From Podarcis bocagei (taxonomy: Eukaryota): a DNA stretch of 64,000 nt. The translations under genes and the position numbers were made by a program. Below are positions 14,001 through 26,000 of the stretch, one piece after another; the first letter of the stretch is position 1; every line of letters begins with the position of its first letter. A model generated the notes under the pieces. The model made no database searches and had not been told where the DNA came from. It worked only from the letters and a program-made list of their open reading frames with translations. Location: assembly GCA_964188305.1 (NCBI GenBank), contig OZ076887.1, one strand, 5' to 3'.

Positions 14001-17000
14001 AAGCAATGTTATTAAAGGAAGAAGTAATTTTAAGTACATTCAGTGTATTTCGCCCCCACCCCTGGTCTTCTGGTATTTTTTTTCCTTGCAGCAATTTTGG
14101 CTCCGACATGCATTGGTAATTCATATTTGTTTCAAAAATTAACTTGATTTTGTGAAGGATGAGGAGAATGGTTAGATAGAGGATGCTCAAATGATGGCAT
14201 GGGGAACCCAGATGGGGCAGACAGGCAGACAAATGTACATTCACACTTCCAGTAATTTCTGATCAATAGTTGTGGCCTAACCTTGTCTTAATCTTAATGG
14301 CATACCCCAGGAATACCCTTGAGAGAAGACCGTTGACTGGATCCAGAATGTCCCTTTCACAAACTGAAAGCCTCTTAAGGGAATGAAAGGGAGTTGGATC
14401 CAGGGGCTGCTCCCACTGAAGAGTGGGGAGGAGGGCAATGTTTTGTAGAACTAGGTTAGCGTTTCAGGTAGTAGCACCATGAATGGTTTCTTACTGGTGC
14501 TTTGGTCACTGTAGTCTAAACTCTTGTCTCACTTCTTGATTCTAATGCGTTGTTTCTTACAGGCAATGGTGGGAATTTTGCAGATCAACGTGTGTGGAGA
14601 GGAGAGCACATTGACGCAGGATTTGAAGCCTTTTCGGATTCTTATTAGTTTACTGGACAAACCTGAGCTAGGTAGCTATATGAATGTCCTTGCATGCTAA
14701 TGGGGGGGGGTGTCTGTTGTTAAATAAGTAACAGTTCATATAGTAGTAACAGAGGGCAAAAGAACAAACAAACATCCATACATTCTAAGGTACTGCATAT
14801 GATGAAATGAGGCATGCACCAGAAGTAAAAGAGTAACCTTGAACTTATCTCATATGCCTATCTGAACAGGTATAATAAAACTTAGTAACAGTTAAAACAG
14901 CAGTCTGTGATCCATGCAGCTGTACCTCCTTTACTCTGTTCTAAAAATCACCCACTATCTGATTATCACAGAGTTTTGGTAATGCAGTGTTGCATTAGCA
15001 CAGGAGGAAGAGAGGGTGCTGCTTTGATGGGATAGAAACGCTCCTCAGAAGTGGTTAGAATTGCACTTGGAACAGAATTGCAGAGGATAACACATAGCTA
15101 CATATGTCATCAGGCATGTTTGAGGTCAGATTGCAAGCCCAGAATTTCTCAATTCTGACAATGTAAAGAAAACAGGCACTGGGAATGAATTGAGCAACAG
15201 GTTTTTGAAATAAATGCGCTTCGCCTTTTTCACTTGCAGTTGAAAGGTCAGACACAGTCTTAAAACAAGCTTGCTACGATGCCTTTCATGTTAAGATCAT
15301 AGCCTAAATCTTTAATGACAGCATGCACATATTAAGTTTTAATGAAATCAACACAGCCATAGAAAACGCGTTACTACATTGTACTGGCAGTGCCAGGAGA
15401 TCACATTCCTTCTTAAATTAGTGGTAGCAGCGCCATCCTTTCCAACAGTTTTCAGTGTGCTTTTAACGTGTTTCAGCCAAATAGAAAGCATGGATAAAGT
15501 TGTGGTTCTTTTGTTGTGCATTATTGAATTGTACAATTGGTATAACTGCAGATAAAATGAATTCAGATACTAGCCAGTGGAATTCTTAATATAATTTTTT
15601 CCTCTTGTTCCTTGTAGGACCTGTAATATTAGAGGATGTACTGATTGAAGTATTTAGGACATTATATACTCAATGCAAAGCGGAGCTGGATCTGCAGGCG
15701 GACTACTCCTTCAGCAAGGACCATGCTCAGCTAAGCAGGTGGCTATATCGAGAGGAAAAAAGAGAAATCCCTTCCTAAAGCCCAGTTTCTTGAACAGCAG
15801 CCTTTAATGCAAAATTATTTTGAGAATGTGGGAAGTTGCAATATTAATTGGATATGTCATGTGGGTCAGGGATTGGATCAGATACTGAAAGTCTAGGGCT
15901 TGCCGATCAGAAGGTCGGTGGTTCGAATGCCCGCAATGGGGTGAGCTCCCGTTGTTTTGTCCCAGCTCCTGCCCACCTAGCAGTTCGAAAGCACGTAAAA
16001 GTGCAAGTAGATAAATAGGTACTGCTCTGGCGGGAAGGTAAACGGTGTTTCCATGCGCTGCTCTGGTTTCGCCAGAAGTGGCATAGTCATGCTGGCCACA
16101 TGACCCAGAAGCTGTCTGCGGACAAACGCCAGCTCCCTCGGCCTATAGAGCAAGATGAGCGCACAACCCCAGAGTCCTCCGCAACTGGACCTAACAGTCA
16201 GGGGTACCTTTGCCTTTACCTTTAAAATACCCGACCCGAGCCAGTATTTTTAGGGAGAGCATTCACAAAGTGTGTGTGCTAAAAGTAGCATATTTATTTG
16301 TTGTTACATTTATATCCCACCTTCCCTGCAAGGAGCTCATGGCAGGGTACATACTTCTTCCTCTCCAATTTATTTGTGCACCTGTCCTGTGAGATATTTA
16401 GGTTGAGAGATGGTGACACACCCAAGGTTACTTCCCCATAAACTTTACAGCTGAGTGGAGATTTGAACTCTAGCCTCCCAGGTCCTAGTCCACTGGGATA
16501 TAATTAGTTTCTTATTTTTAATTTAATTTATATACTGTCCTTCATCTCAGGGCGGTTCACAACATAAAAATACAATATAAAAAACACGAAGTACATGGTA
16601 AAAATAAGAACAAAACCAAACATAATTCCCCCTTCTGTTTTATATATATATTTCCCATTAGTGATTAATCAGTGAGTACCTCCTATCCATGAAATTCTCA
16701 GAATACATGCTAAGCCAGTGGAAACGGATTATGATGGTGATTTAATATTGAAAAGGGAGCCCAAGTAAAGTGTTAAAGCAGAGGAGGTTGGGGAAGAAGA
16801 CCTTTTTCTCTTTCTACTGTAGATGTGAATGCCTAGCCTGATACTGGTCACAACTCAGTAGTTATGTCAGCTCACAAAGCCTATCCTATAGTTAGCCGTA
16901 GAAAGACCTGTGCTCAAAGGCTTCTGCACTGCAGATTTAGGTTCTGCTTGCTTGGTAGCCAGTAACACAGACTTGGCAATGGATGGACTTCTTTCTTATC

Positions 17001-20000
17001 TCTGCAGCTCACTCAGAGCAGTTCCAGCTGAGAAGCTATACCCATTCATCTCCCTGAGGAAGCTTGTGGTGGGCTGTGTCAGCAGCGACAAATTCTTACC
17101 TTCTCTACTGCTTTGAACGATTCCGGATTCAGAGGTTTTGCCTCTATGGCAATGATAGCAAAAAAATAAAAGGGCAGTAGGATTGCAGGAGGGGGATAAA
17201 GGTGGGAAAGTATAGTGGCAAAGGGGGAGATTGCTGTGAGGGAAATCAGGAAGTCAGTTTGGAGCAAGATTGCAAATGGAGTACCTTTGTTCTGAATACT
17301 GTTGTTACATTTTTATTTCAGCAAACTGAGGGAAAATAAGAAAACAGCAGAGCTGATTAAAACTGCCAATCTTCTGTTCAATTCTTTTGAGCCTTACTAT
17401 ATGTGGGATTACATTGCCCGTTGGTTTGAAGAATGTTGTAGGTAAGTTATATTTCACTGAAGGTGTTTTGTGTACTGTCGTGTCCTGGTAGAGGAGCACA
17501 ATTGGGTTTATACACTTACGTTTTTTAAAAAAAACCTATATACTGTGCTTCTAAGTTGTCAAAGTATGCTGTATAGATCTTTTAGAAAGAGGAATCTCTC
17601 TACGTAGATTGTTACTTTACTCTTTGTGTCAGTTTCCATGTGCATGTGTCTCGTGTTATGATTCAGTGCCTGGTGACTTGCAGCTGAATGTGTGAACTGA
17701 TTCCGTTGCAAATCATTACTTCGAGGATATTTGCAGTGCTACATATCTGTCTGTGGCTCTTAATCTATCTGACGGATGTAGAACCTGTGGCCCTCCAGAT
17801 TTCGCTAGACTACAACTCCCATAATCTCTGACCATTGGCCAGGCTGGCTGAAGCTAATGGGAGTTGTAGTTTGACAACTTCAGCAGGGCCAAATATCCTG
17901 CTAATATTACTAGTTACACAGCCACACTGCTACCAATGAATAAATTATGCTTTGAATTCATAGGAGGACACTGCATGCCCGACTACAGACTGTGCCTGGA
18001 GGTGGTAGTGAACCTGCTGAACTCCCCCTTACCAATTTCTGCCTGCTAGTTGATTTTTTGTTGGATATAGTATCTTTGGTAAGATTTCTACTGCTCGCAA
18101 CTTGGTTCTCCTCCCACTACTCTGTGGTTTTCTAAGCTAGGTAACCCTCCATGTGGCATGAAAGAGGTCTTTAATCCAGCAAAGTGGGCAGGCATTGCTT
18201 CAAAAGTGATATGATAGGGGCTGGGTGGGGAACCTGGGGGCCAAATGCAGCCCTCTGGTCCTTTCTGTCTGGCTCGTCCAACTCTCCCCAGGCCAAGGCC
18301 CTTCCTTGCTTGTTTTTGCATGGTTGAAATGTGTCTTCACCTCCGATGACCCTTGCTTGTCTAGATCAGTGTTTCCCAACCTTGGCCTCCAGCTGTTTTT
18401 GAACTACAATTCCCATCATCCCTGACCACTGGTCTTGCTAGCTAGGGATGATGGGAGTTGTAGTCCCAAAAGAGCTGGAGGCCCAAGGTTGGGAAACACT
18501 GGTCTAGATGGACGATAGACAGGGATGTCTTTGTGTGTATAGAAACTAGCTAACCTTGCAGAGCTAAAACTCTTCTACATTGCTCTTCCCACTTTTCCGT
18601 CTGGCCTCGGCCCCCTCACAGTCACGTGGCCCCTGGAAGACTCCCCTGAGGGGAAGACATTCCCCTTGCAGTAGGGTCTTAATTTTAAGAATGAGATTTT
18701 ATCACACAGAGATCATTCTTCTCTTTATTATTTGATTGTGGGCTCAGCCTCACTTCTTTTTCTTGCATCCCTCCTCCTTTGTCTATTACTATGCTAATTG
18801 ACAGCAGGATATGTGGTGCTGTGATTTCGTTAAACTTGTTAGATAGCAGTTGTTTTTTATGCATGCCGCAATCATATTTCTCTATCAACATTGTATATCT
18901 TAATGAAGGCTCTTAGAAATGTTTTGGTTTTTTTGCCTCCTGTTATCTCTCCTTTGTCTTCAAACTCTTTGCTTTCTCATTTCAAAGCCTACTAGAAGTA
19001 TGAGAGTGCTTTGTCAGGTATGACATTCAGACTGTTTTCCTCTTTTGATTAAAAGTGATCTGTTTACATGTTTCTGACAGTATATATTTTGGTAATATTA
19101 AATGTGAAAGAATCGTGAATATTTGATTGCCCTCTGTGGATTTGTTATCAGTTTGTAGTTTTAGAGTGTTTTCAAACAACCGTTTTTTTACACAATAAAT
19201 GCACATTTGTTTCTCACTTTCATCAGACACACCGAGTTGCGCTTCTTTTGGGAGTTTTATCACATTTTCCAAGCCCGCAAATCACTACAGCTTAATGCAG
19301 TTCCCCAGATATTGCTTTCTTTGCTGTTATAACAACTGTGTCAAATGTAGATTAAACAGCAGGGAGAATAACCATCCTTCCTGAAATATTTTAAAGACTG
19401 TGCTGCTTACTCTTCTGTGCTTGTACATACATGCAACCTGTTCATTTATAAATACACATAAGTAGGCATGCTTAGGGGTGTCAACTTGAATAAAAAAGGG
19501 GGGGCAGATATGCCCCGCCCCACATAATTGATCACATGACATGGTCATGCACACCATTTGAATGGCAATGCCCATCAACTTGGGTGGGGCTCAGCCCCTT
19601 CAAATATTTTAGGGGGAGCCAGAGCCTCCCTGGCCCCTAAGAGTTGGCTTCTATGCACATGATAGATAGATACACAGGTCTCTATTCAGCAAATAGCAGC
19701 AGAGGTTCTCTAAACATCCCCATAAAAACCATTTTCCCACAGCATGACTCTCCCCTGCATATTGTGACTGAATTTGTTAAGTGAGCAAGATTCAATATTA
19801 TAAATTCATATGTATAACATGAGTGATACCCAGTGTTGTGCCAAGCTAGTTTCCCCTTCCTCTCCTCCCTTTTGCAGCACTCCATGCTCCCCCTGCCATC
19901 TGATCCAAGATGTCTCCCACCCCTCAAAAGCAGATTGGGAGGCTGTAGGGAGAGGGAGGGGAAGCCCCTGTTGCACCACTGGCAGTGCTCCCTGCTAGTG

Positions 20001-23000
20001 GACAAACAGAATTAGCTATCACCCCATGTTTAAAAGTTGCTGCTTTTTAACCAAGTCTTCATTTCCTTTCTTTTTTCAAATTTCGTAAAAATAGAACTAT
20101 TGAAACTTGTAGCTAAAGTCCATAGAAAGGATAAATTATAGAAGCCATTGATACCAGTTCTAATTGTATTTTGTTGCTAGGAGACCTATATTGAAATACA
20201 AACGGAGCATCTGCCTCAGCTGCTACTCAGGATGATCTCTGCCTTGACGAGCCACCTGCAGACTTTGCACTTGTCTGAGCTAGCGGATTCCTTGAAACTC
20301 TGCTCAAAGATTCTTAGCAAAGTTCAGCCTCCACTGTTGTCCGCTGGTACTGACGGTGCCTTGCAGTTTCCGAGCAGGCACAGCATCGTCAAAGAATGGG
20401 AAGAAAGAAAGGTAATACAGAAAATATTCTTCTTGTTTCGTTTTTAAAAATAAACAGCTCCAACTTTTGAAACGGTTGCTATAAGCTTAGCTCCCATTCT
20501 GTTGCTTTAAAACCTGTGGCCTACTTCAAGAATGGACTGGCAGCTACATATGCACCTTGCGGGCTTTATATTAGAAAACAGATAGCTTCGTGTGCCATGT
20601 GCACCAGGAACACAGAAAGGCTTAAGAAGTTAGGAATATGCATGCATATTTTTGTTTGTTTGTTTCCCCGGAAGTGTAAAAGACCTGATCCATAAGTTCA
20701 GAGGCTCTGCTCTGTGTGCACCTGTCAAGTGAAGTGAGACAAGTGGCTACTAGGAACGGGGCCTTCTCGGTGGTGGCACCTTGGCTGTAGGAAAACTCTC
20801 CCAGAGAGGCCTGCCTGCCACCTGTATGGAATCCCATCAAATTTGGTGAGGATCCCTTAAGTGGTGGTGGCAAAAAATCACTGTGGGTTGTGGAGACTGG
20901 TTTTCTGAACTCACCTGCTCTTAAACTATAAACAAAAGACAAATGCAGTGAGATGTGCAGCTGGTGAAAATGAGAGAACAACATTTGCTAACACACAAAA
21001 TGACACGGTTTGCTTTCCCCCTCTGATTTTATTCAGCTCTTGCTCCTTCCTTACTCTTGTCTCAATTAGATGCCACCAGTTTCTGCAGAGAACCCAAACG
21101 ATGTGTTTGAAGATGGTGAAAATCCTCCAAGCAGCCGGTCCTCCGAAAGTGGCTTTACCGAGTTTGTGCAGTATCAGGCAGATACGACTGATGACATTGA
21201 CAGGATGCTGAGTGGGGGGTCTGGAACAACTGGCCTCCCCATTCTAGGCAGCACTTCTTCAGAGACTGAGACAGTTTCCACTCTGGGTTCTGAGGAAACA
21301 ATTGTTCAGCCGTCTTCCAAGATGGCCCAGGGGACAGGATCTCGAAGTGGGAAGACAACAACAGTTCAGAAGACTGCAATGCAGTGCTGTTTGGAGTATG
21401 TCCAGCAGTTTTTAACCAGATTTATCAACCTGTACATCATTCCAAGCAACTCCTTGTCTCGGCCTTTAGCAGCTGAGCTTCAGGAGGACCTCGTCAGGGG
21501 GAAAGGAGAGGCTGCACAGTGTACCAGAGAGTCACAAGGGGATGCAGCTAAAGGGAAAAGGACCACTAAGAAGACATCGCCAAAAGAATACCTCTCTGCC
21601 TTCATTGCTGCATGTCAGCTCTTCCTTGAGTGCTCAAGTTTTCCAGTTTACATTGCAGAGGGAAACCACACATCAGAAATACATGCTGAGCAGACAGATA
21701 TTGGTGAGTAATTTCCTACATTCTAATCTCCCCATTAAAACTTCCTTTCAGGTTTGATCTTTCACTTTTTGTAAAACCAGTTTTGACTACCTTTTGTTTC
21801 TCTTTCTCTCGTTGTGCACAAACCCAGTTCTCCTATTCTTTATTATTATTATTTTTAAAGAAATGTTTCCTAGTAAAAAAAGGGCTTGATGAGAGGTATA
21901 CTGGGTTTTGATTTGGGTAATTGTTGGAATGGATTTGCTTCAGACTTTGAAACCAATCCTGCTTAATTCCTATCAGTATGTATGTTTGACATTGGGATAC
22001 ATCAGGTGTAAATTGATGCACTTCCAGTGTATTTTTGGTGTAGGTTATTCTTACACTTCACATCTGCTGTGTGATATGGTTGCTTGCAGTTAATAAGCTC
22101 CTGTATTGAGTGCCTAATACATATGAAAACTTCACAGCTTTGTTGATGCATACAAAGTATCTCATCTTTCAAAAGAAGGTTGGGGGGCCAGTAGTAGTAT
22201 TCTGTGTCAGTTAGTCTCAAAGAACAGGCATTCATTTCCTCTGGGGCTTCTGAAGCTTTGTTTTCTGAAATCCAAAGTCTCATATGGAAGCATTGAAACT
22301 GCCTTACCCCAGGTCAGATTATTTGTCCATCAATCCCTGTGCTGTCTGCTCTCACTGGCACTGGCTCTGCAGGGTCTCAGGTGTAGCTGGGCCTTTCCCA
22401 CCTCCTGGTCCTATTAGCTAGAGATGTTGGGGGTTGAGCCTGAGAACCTTCTTCATGTGCAGTGTAAGGTTCTGAGCTTCTGTTCCCCAAGACCTCATCC
22501 CAAGGTGCCCACTGTGAAGCACTTTTGTATAATCCGTGTGAGGTTACTGACACCCCCCCACAGCCAACCTGAGGTTTACGTAGTTGAAATAATAGCCATA
22601 TCATTAAAGTAGCTCCATTCCAGTGACACGGATGGTGTGCAGTTGCTACTCCATCTTTCATAAGTGCTTAACTACCCAACTATTAGAGTTTTGGTTTATT
22701 ATTCTACTCCCTCCAGATGTTGTTGGACTACAACTCCCATCACCCCCAACCATTGACCTTGCTGGATGAGGTTGATGGGAGTTGTAGCCCAGCAAAATCT
22801 GGAGGATGTGGCATCGGCTATTCCTACTATATCTTGCCACCTTTTTGTTGTTCAGTTTCATGTCAGGTGTTTTTGGGGTTTTTTACACAGATTATAGTTG
22901 TCATGCCTAAGGACCTATATATATGTTGCATATAGATAAAGAAGCAGGAATAGAAGGGATGATTGTGGAAAGCAGCTAATTCATGGTTGGAGGGCAATTA

Positions 23001-26000
23001 ATTCATTTAAGCTTGGGAATTCTGATGCGTGTACTTAGCCCATGAACCTTCAACCTCTGCTTTCAGTGGAGTCTGCAGATCAGCAGGCACGTTCAGATCT
23101 GATATCTCCATTGAAATAAATGGAACAGTCCATGCGTTGCACACAATAAACCCATTGAAATCAATGGACTTAAACAAGTCATGTCTTCTGATTCAGTCAG
23201 TCTACTTGAGTATTACTTAGTTGGATACAACCCCATGTGTGCAAATCAGGCGTACATCTTAGTTCTAGGATGGGGACCATATTTGTATTACTGCTTCCCT
23301 TCATTCCTTTTATCATTTTTAGACGGCAATTAATCTCTCATTCCTCCTGTTCAACATTATCTGTGTGATATGGTTGCTTGTCATGATCCCTTGAGATCCA
23401 TTACAAATTTAGATGGGGGCCGTGATCCATTTCAGTATGCCCAAGTGCCTACTGCATATACGCATCAGGATTTTTAAAAATTAAAATATCAAAAAGCAGC
23501 CTCTCCATACTAAATCTGAAACTGCTTTTGAACACTGATTTTCAAAAGCAGCCTACCTGTTTGGGGTAGCACAGGGCTGGTCTGCTGTTTGAAGATAGGC
23601 CATCAAAAGCCCAGCTTGACATGCAGAGTAAACTGTGGTACATTTCTGCAAAGTCTTTCCCCCCTGCCCATTCTACTTTTCCCATTAGAGTTTAACCTAT
23701 TTGAAGTAGCTGGTGGTGGTACAGTAGATATGCAAGATGGAGGGGTGGTGGCTGGGAATAAATATAATTTTCCAATATAAGAGGAACTGCTTTTTTTTAA
23801 TAGAAGCCATTTCCTTTCAGATTGTGAAGAAGAGCAGCCCCCCTTGTGGCTCCAGACTCTTATGGGTGCTTGCAGACAAGCCAGTGATTTCAGCATCCAA
23901 GGTGTCACTATTTCTTTAATAATGGACTTAGTGGGATTGACTCAGTCCGTTGCTTTTGTCACTGGAGAAAATCTGAATAGTGTGGAAGCACCACAACCTC
24001 TGAGTCCAAACCAAGGAAGAGTGGCTGTTGTGATCAGACCTCCTCTCACTCAAGGCAACCTCCGATACATGGCTGAAAAGACAGATTTTTTCAAGGTACA
24101 GTAAAACAGTCATACAGCTTCCGTAATGATAAAAATGTGCCAGGCAGAAGAACCACTGCAGCGTTTATTTTCACTTTCTACAAAGCCTGATTAGTTGTTA
24201 GGTGGTGGTTTAAAGCAAGTTCTAACTGGGAAAGTAAGCCAGCTGCATAACCTATGGTTTGAAGTTGGCTTGTTCAGAAACTTTGAATTTATTTTTTTTA
24301 ATTGTATTTAGACAAGGTTATGTCCTTAAATTCTATTGATTTTTGGCAGGACTTATGCAGAAGCTTGTCAAGTGGGGCACAGCTACTATGCTAGCATCCC
24401 AGCCGGTGGGTTGTTGTTGCATATTCGTGAGGCAGCAGGGAGGGTGGCATGGTGCAAACACACCAGCGAGCCAGTCTGGTGCTCCTGCCAATGTGTTAGC
24501 ACCACACTGACCTCCCTAATACCTCACCCTTCCACCTTCCAGCAGTGATCTGCCTACTGGGAAACTAGCACAGCAGTTCTGTCCACCTGGTGACCCACTT
24601 CTGAACTTCAGAGGTACTTAATTTCTAAGTACTGCACCCAAACCTTGCACCTTACGAGACTGTTATCACTGCTTTGGGTTAAATGAAACTTAATACATTG
24701 CTCTGAAGCTGATTACTCACTACACTACTTGTTAAGCATTTTACCAACAATCCTGATAAGAGCATAAGAACAGCCTGCTGAATCAAGCCAATGGTCCATT
24801 TCGGCCAGCATCCTGTTTTCACAATGGCCCTTTGGAAGCCTGCCAGCAGGACATGAGCGCAGCAGCACCCTGTTGTTCCACCCCCCACCCCTGTCAAAGT
24901 CCACTGCACAGCACTTTCCCAGTGTCTGACAGCCAGCTAGTTATGGGGCGCTTGGGAAATCCAGCACAAGGGGCTTTGCTGCTGCTGTGGCACCAAGCGG
25001 TTTGCAATGAAACTGCTGCTAAAACAGATGTTGTTATTGCATTTTACAGAAATTTCTTTCTGGGCCTTATAAAGGCTTGGACCTCAAAACTCATGGGTGG
25101 ATCTCTGCTTGAACAGTGAGGCTTTTTCATGCTAACCTCCCTGCGCAACCCCCTGAAAGCCACTTTTGAGGGACAGAGGACCCTGTGGAAGAATATAGGA
25201 TGTGTTGGGGTGGAAGCAAGGGGATAGACTTGGCAGAAATCGGGGGAAACCTTGTAAAAGCAGAAGTGCCTTCTCATTGTAGAGGAGCACCTACATCACA
25301 TTTGGATCTCAGTGTTTTTCTACATCAGCTGGGCTACACCTAGGCATCTCCCCCCAGCTGTTCACTCTGATAAGACAGCTATAACTGTGTCTGTGTGTAT
25401 TTCTCCTGTGTTCCTTTCCAAAGCATGTGGCATTAACACTATGGGACCAGCTGGGTGATGGAACTCCTCAACATCACCAGAAGAGTGTGGAGCTTTTTTT
25501 CCAGTTGCACAATCTAGTTCCGTCATCTAGCATTTGCGAGGATGTTATCAGTCAACAGTTGACCCACAGAGACAAGGTAAATATTGGCTCACATGTATTA
25601 CGCTCTTTTGAGGTGTGCTAAATTTGGGAATTGAGGCAGTGAAACTATTTTAGAATCCTATATTATCATTGCAGATTATGCAGGTAAAATGCAAGACATG
25701 GGAGCCTCACGGTGGTGTTGGTGAGGAACAGTGCAATTCTTATGCAGGCAACCTTCCTTCCTAACAGTAGTGTCTTAATTAAAAATAATAATAATAATAA
25801 AATAAATAAAATAGTTCCTTCTTTCCAGTGTGGTTCTTTGCAACCAGGCTTGCTCTTCCTCTAATTTTGTTCAGGTACCGTCTTTAGTCCAGCTTCTTGG
25901 ATGGCACTAAATAAATAACAAGCTTCATACTGCTCTGCCCTCTTATTTCTGCTTTCCTATTCTGATACTGTATTGAGGGAAAGGTGCAAAAAGGAAAATT

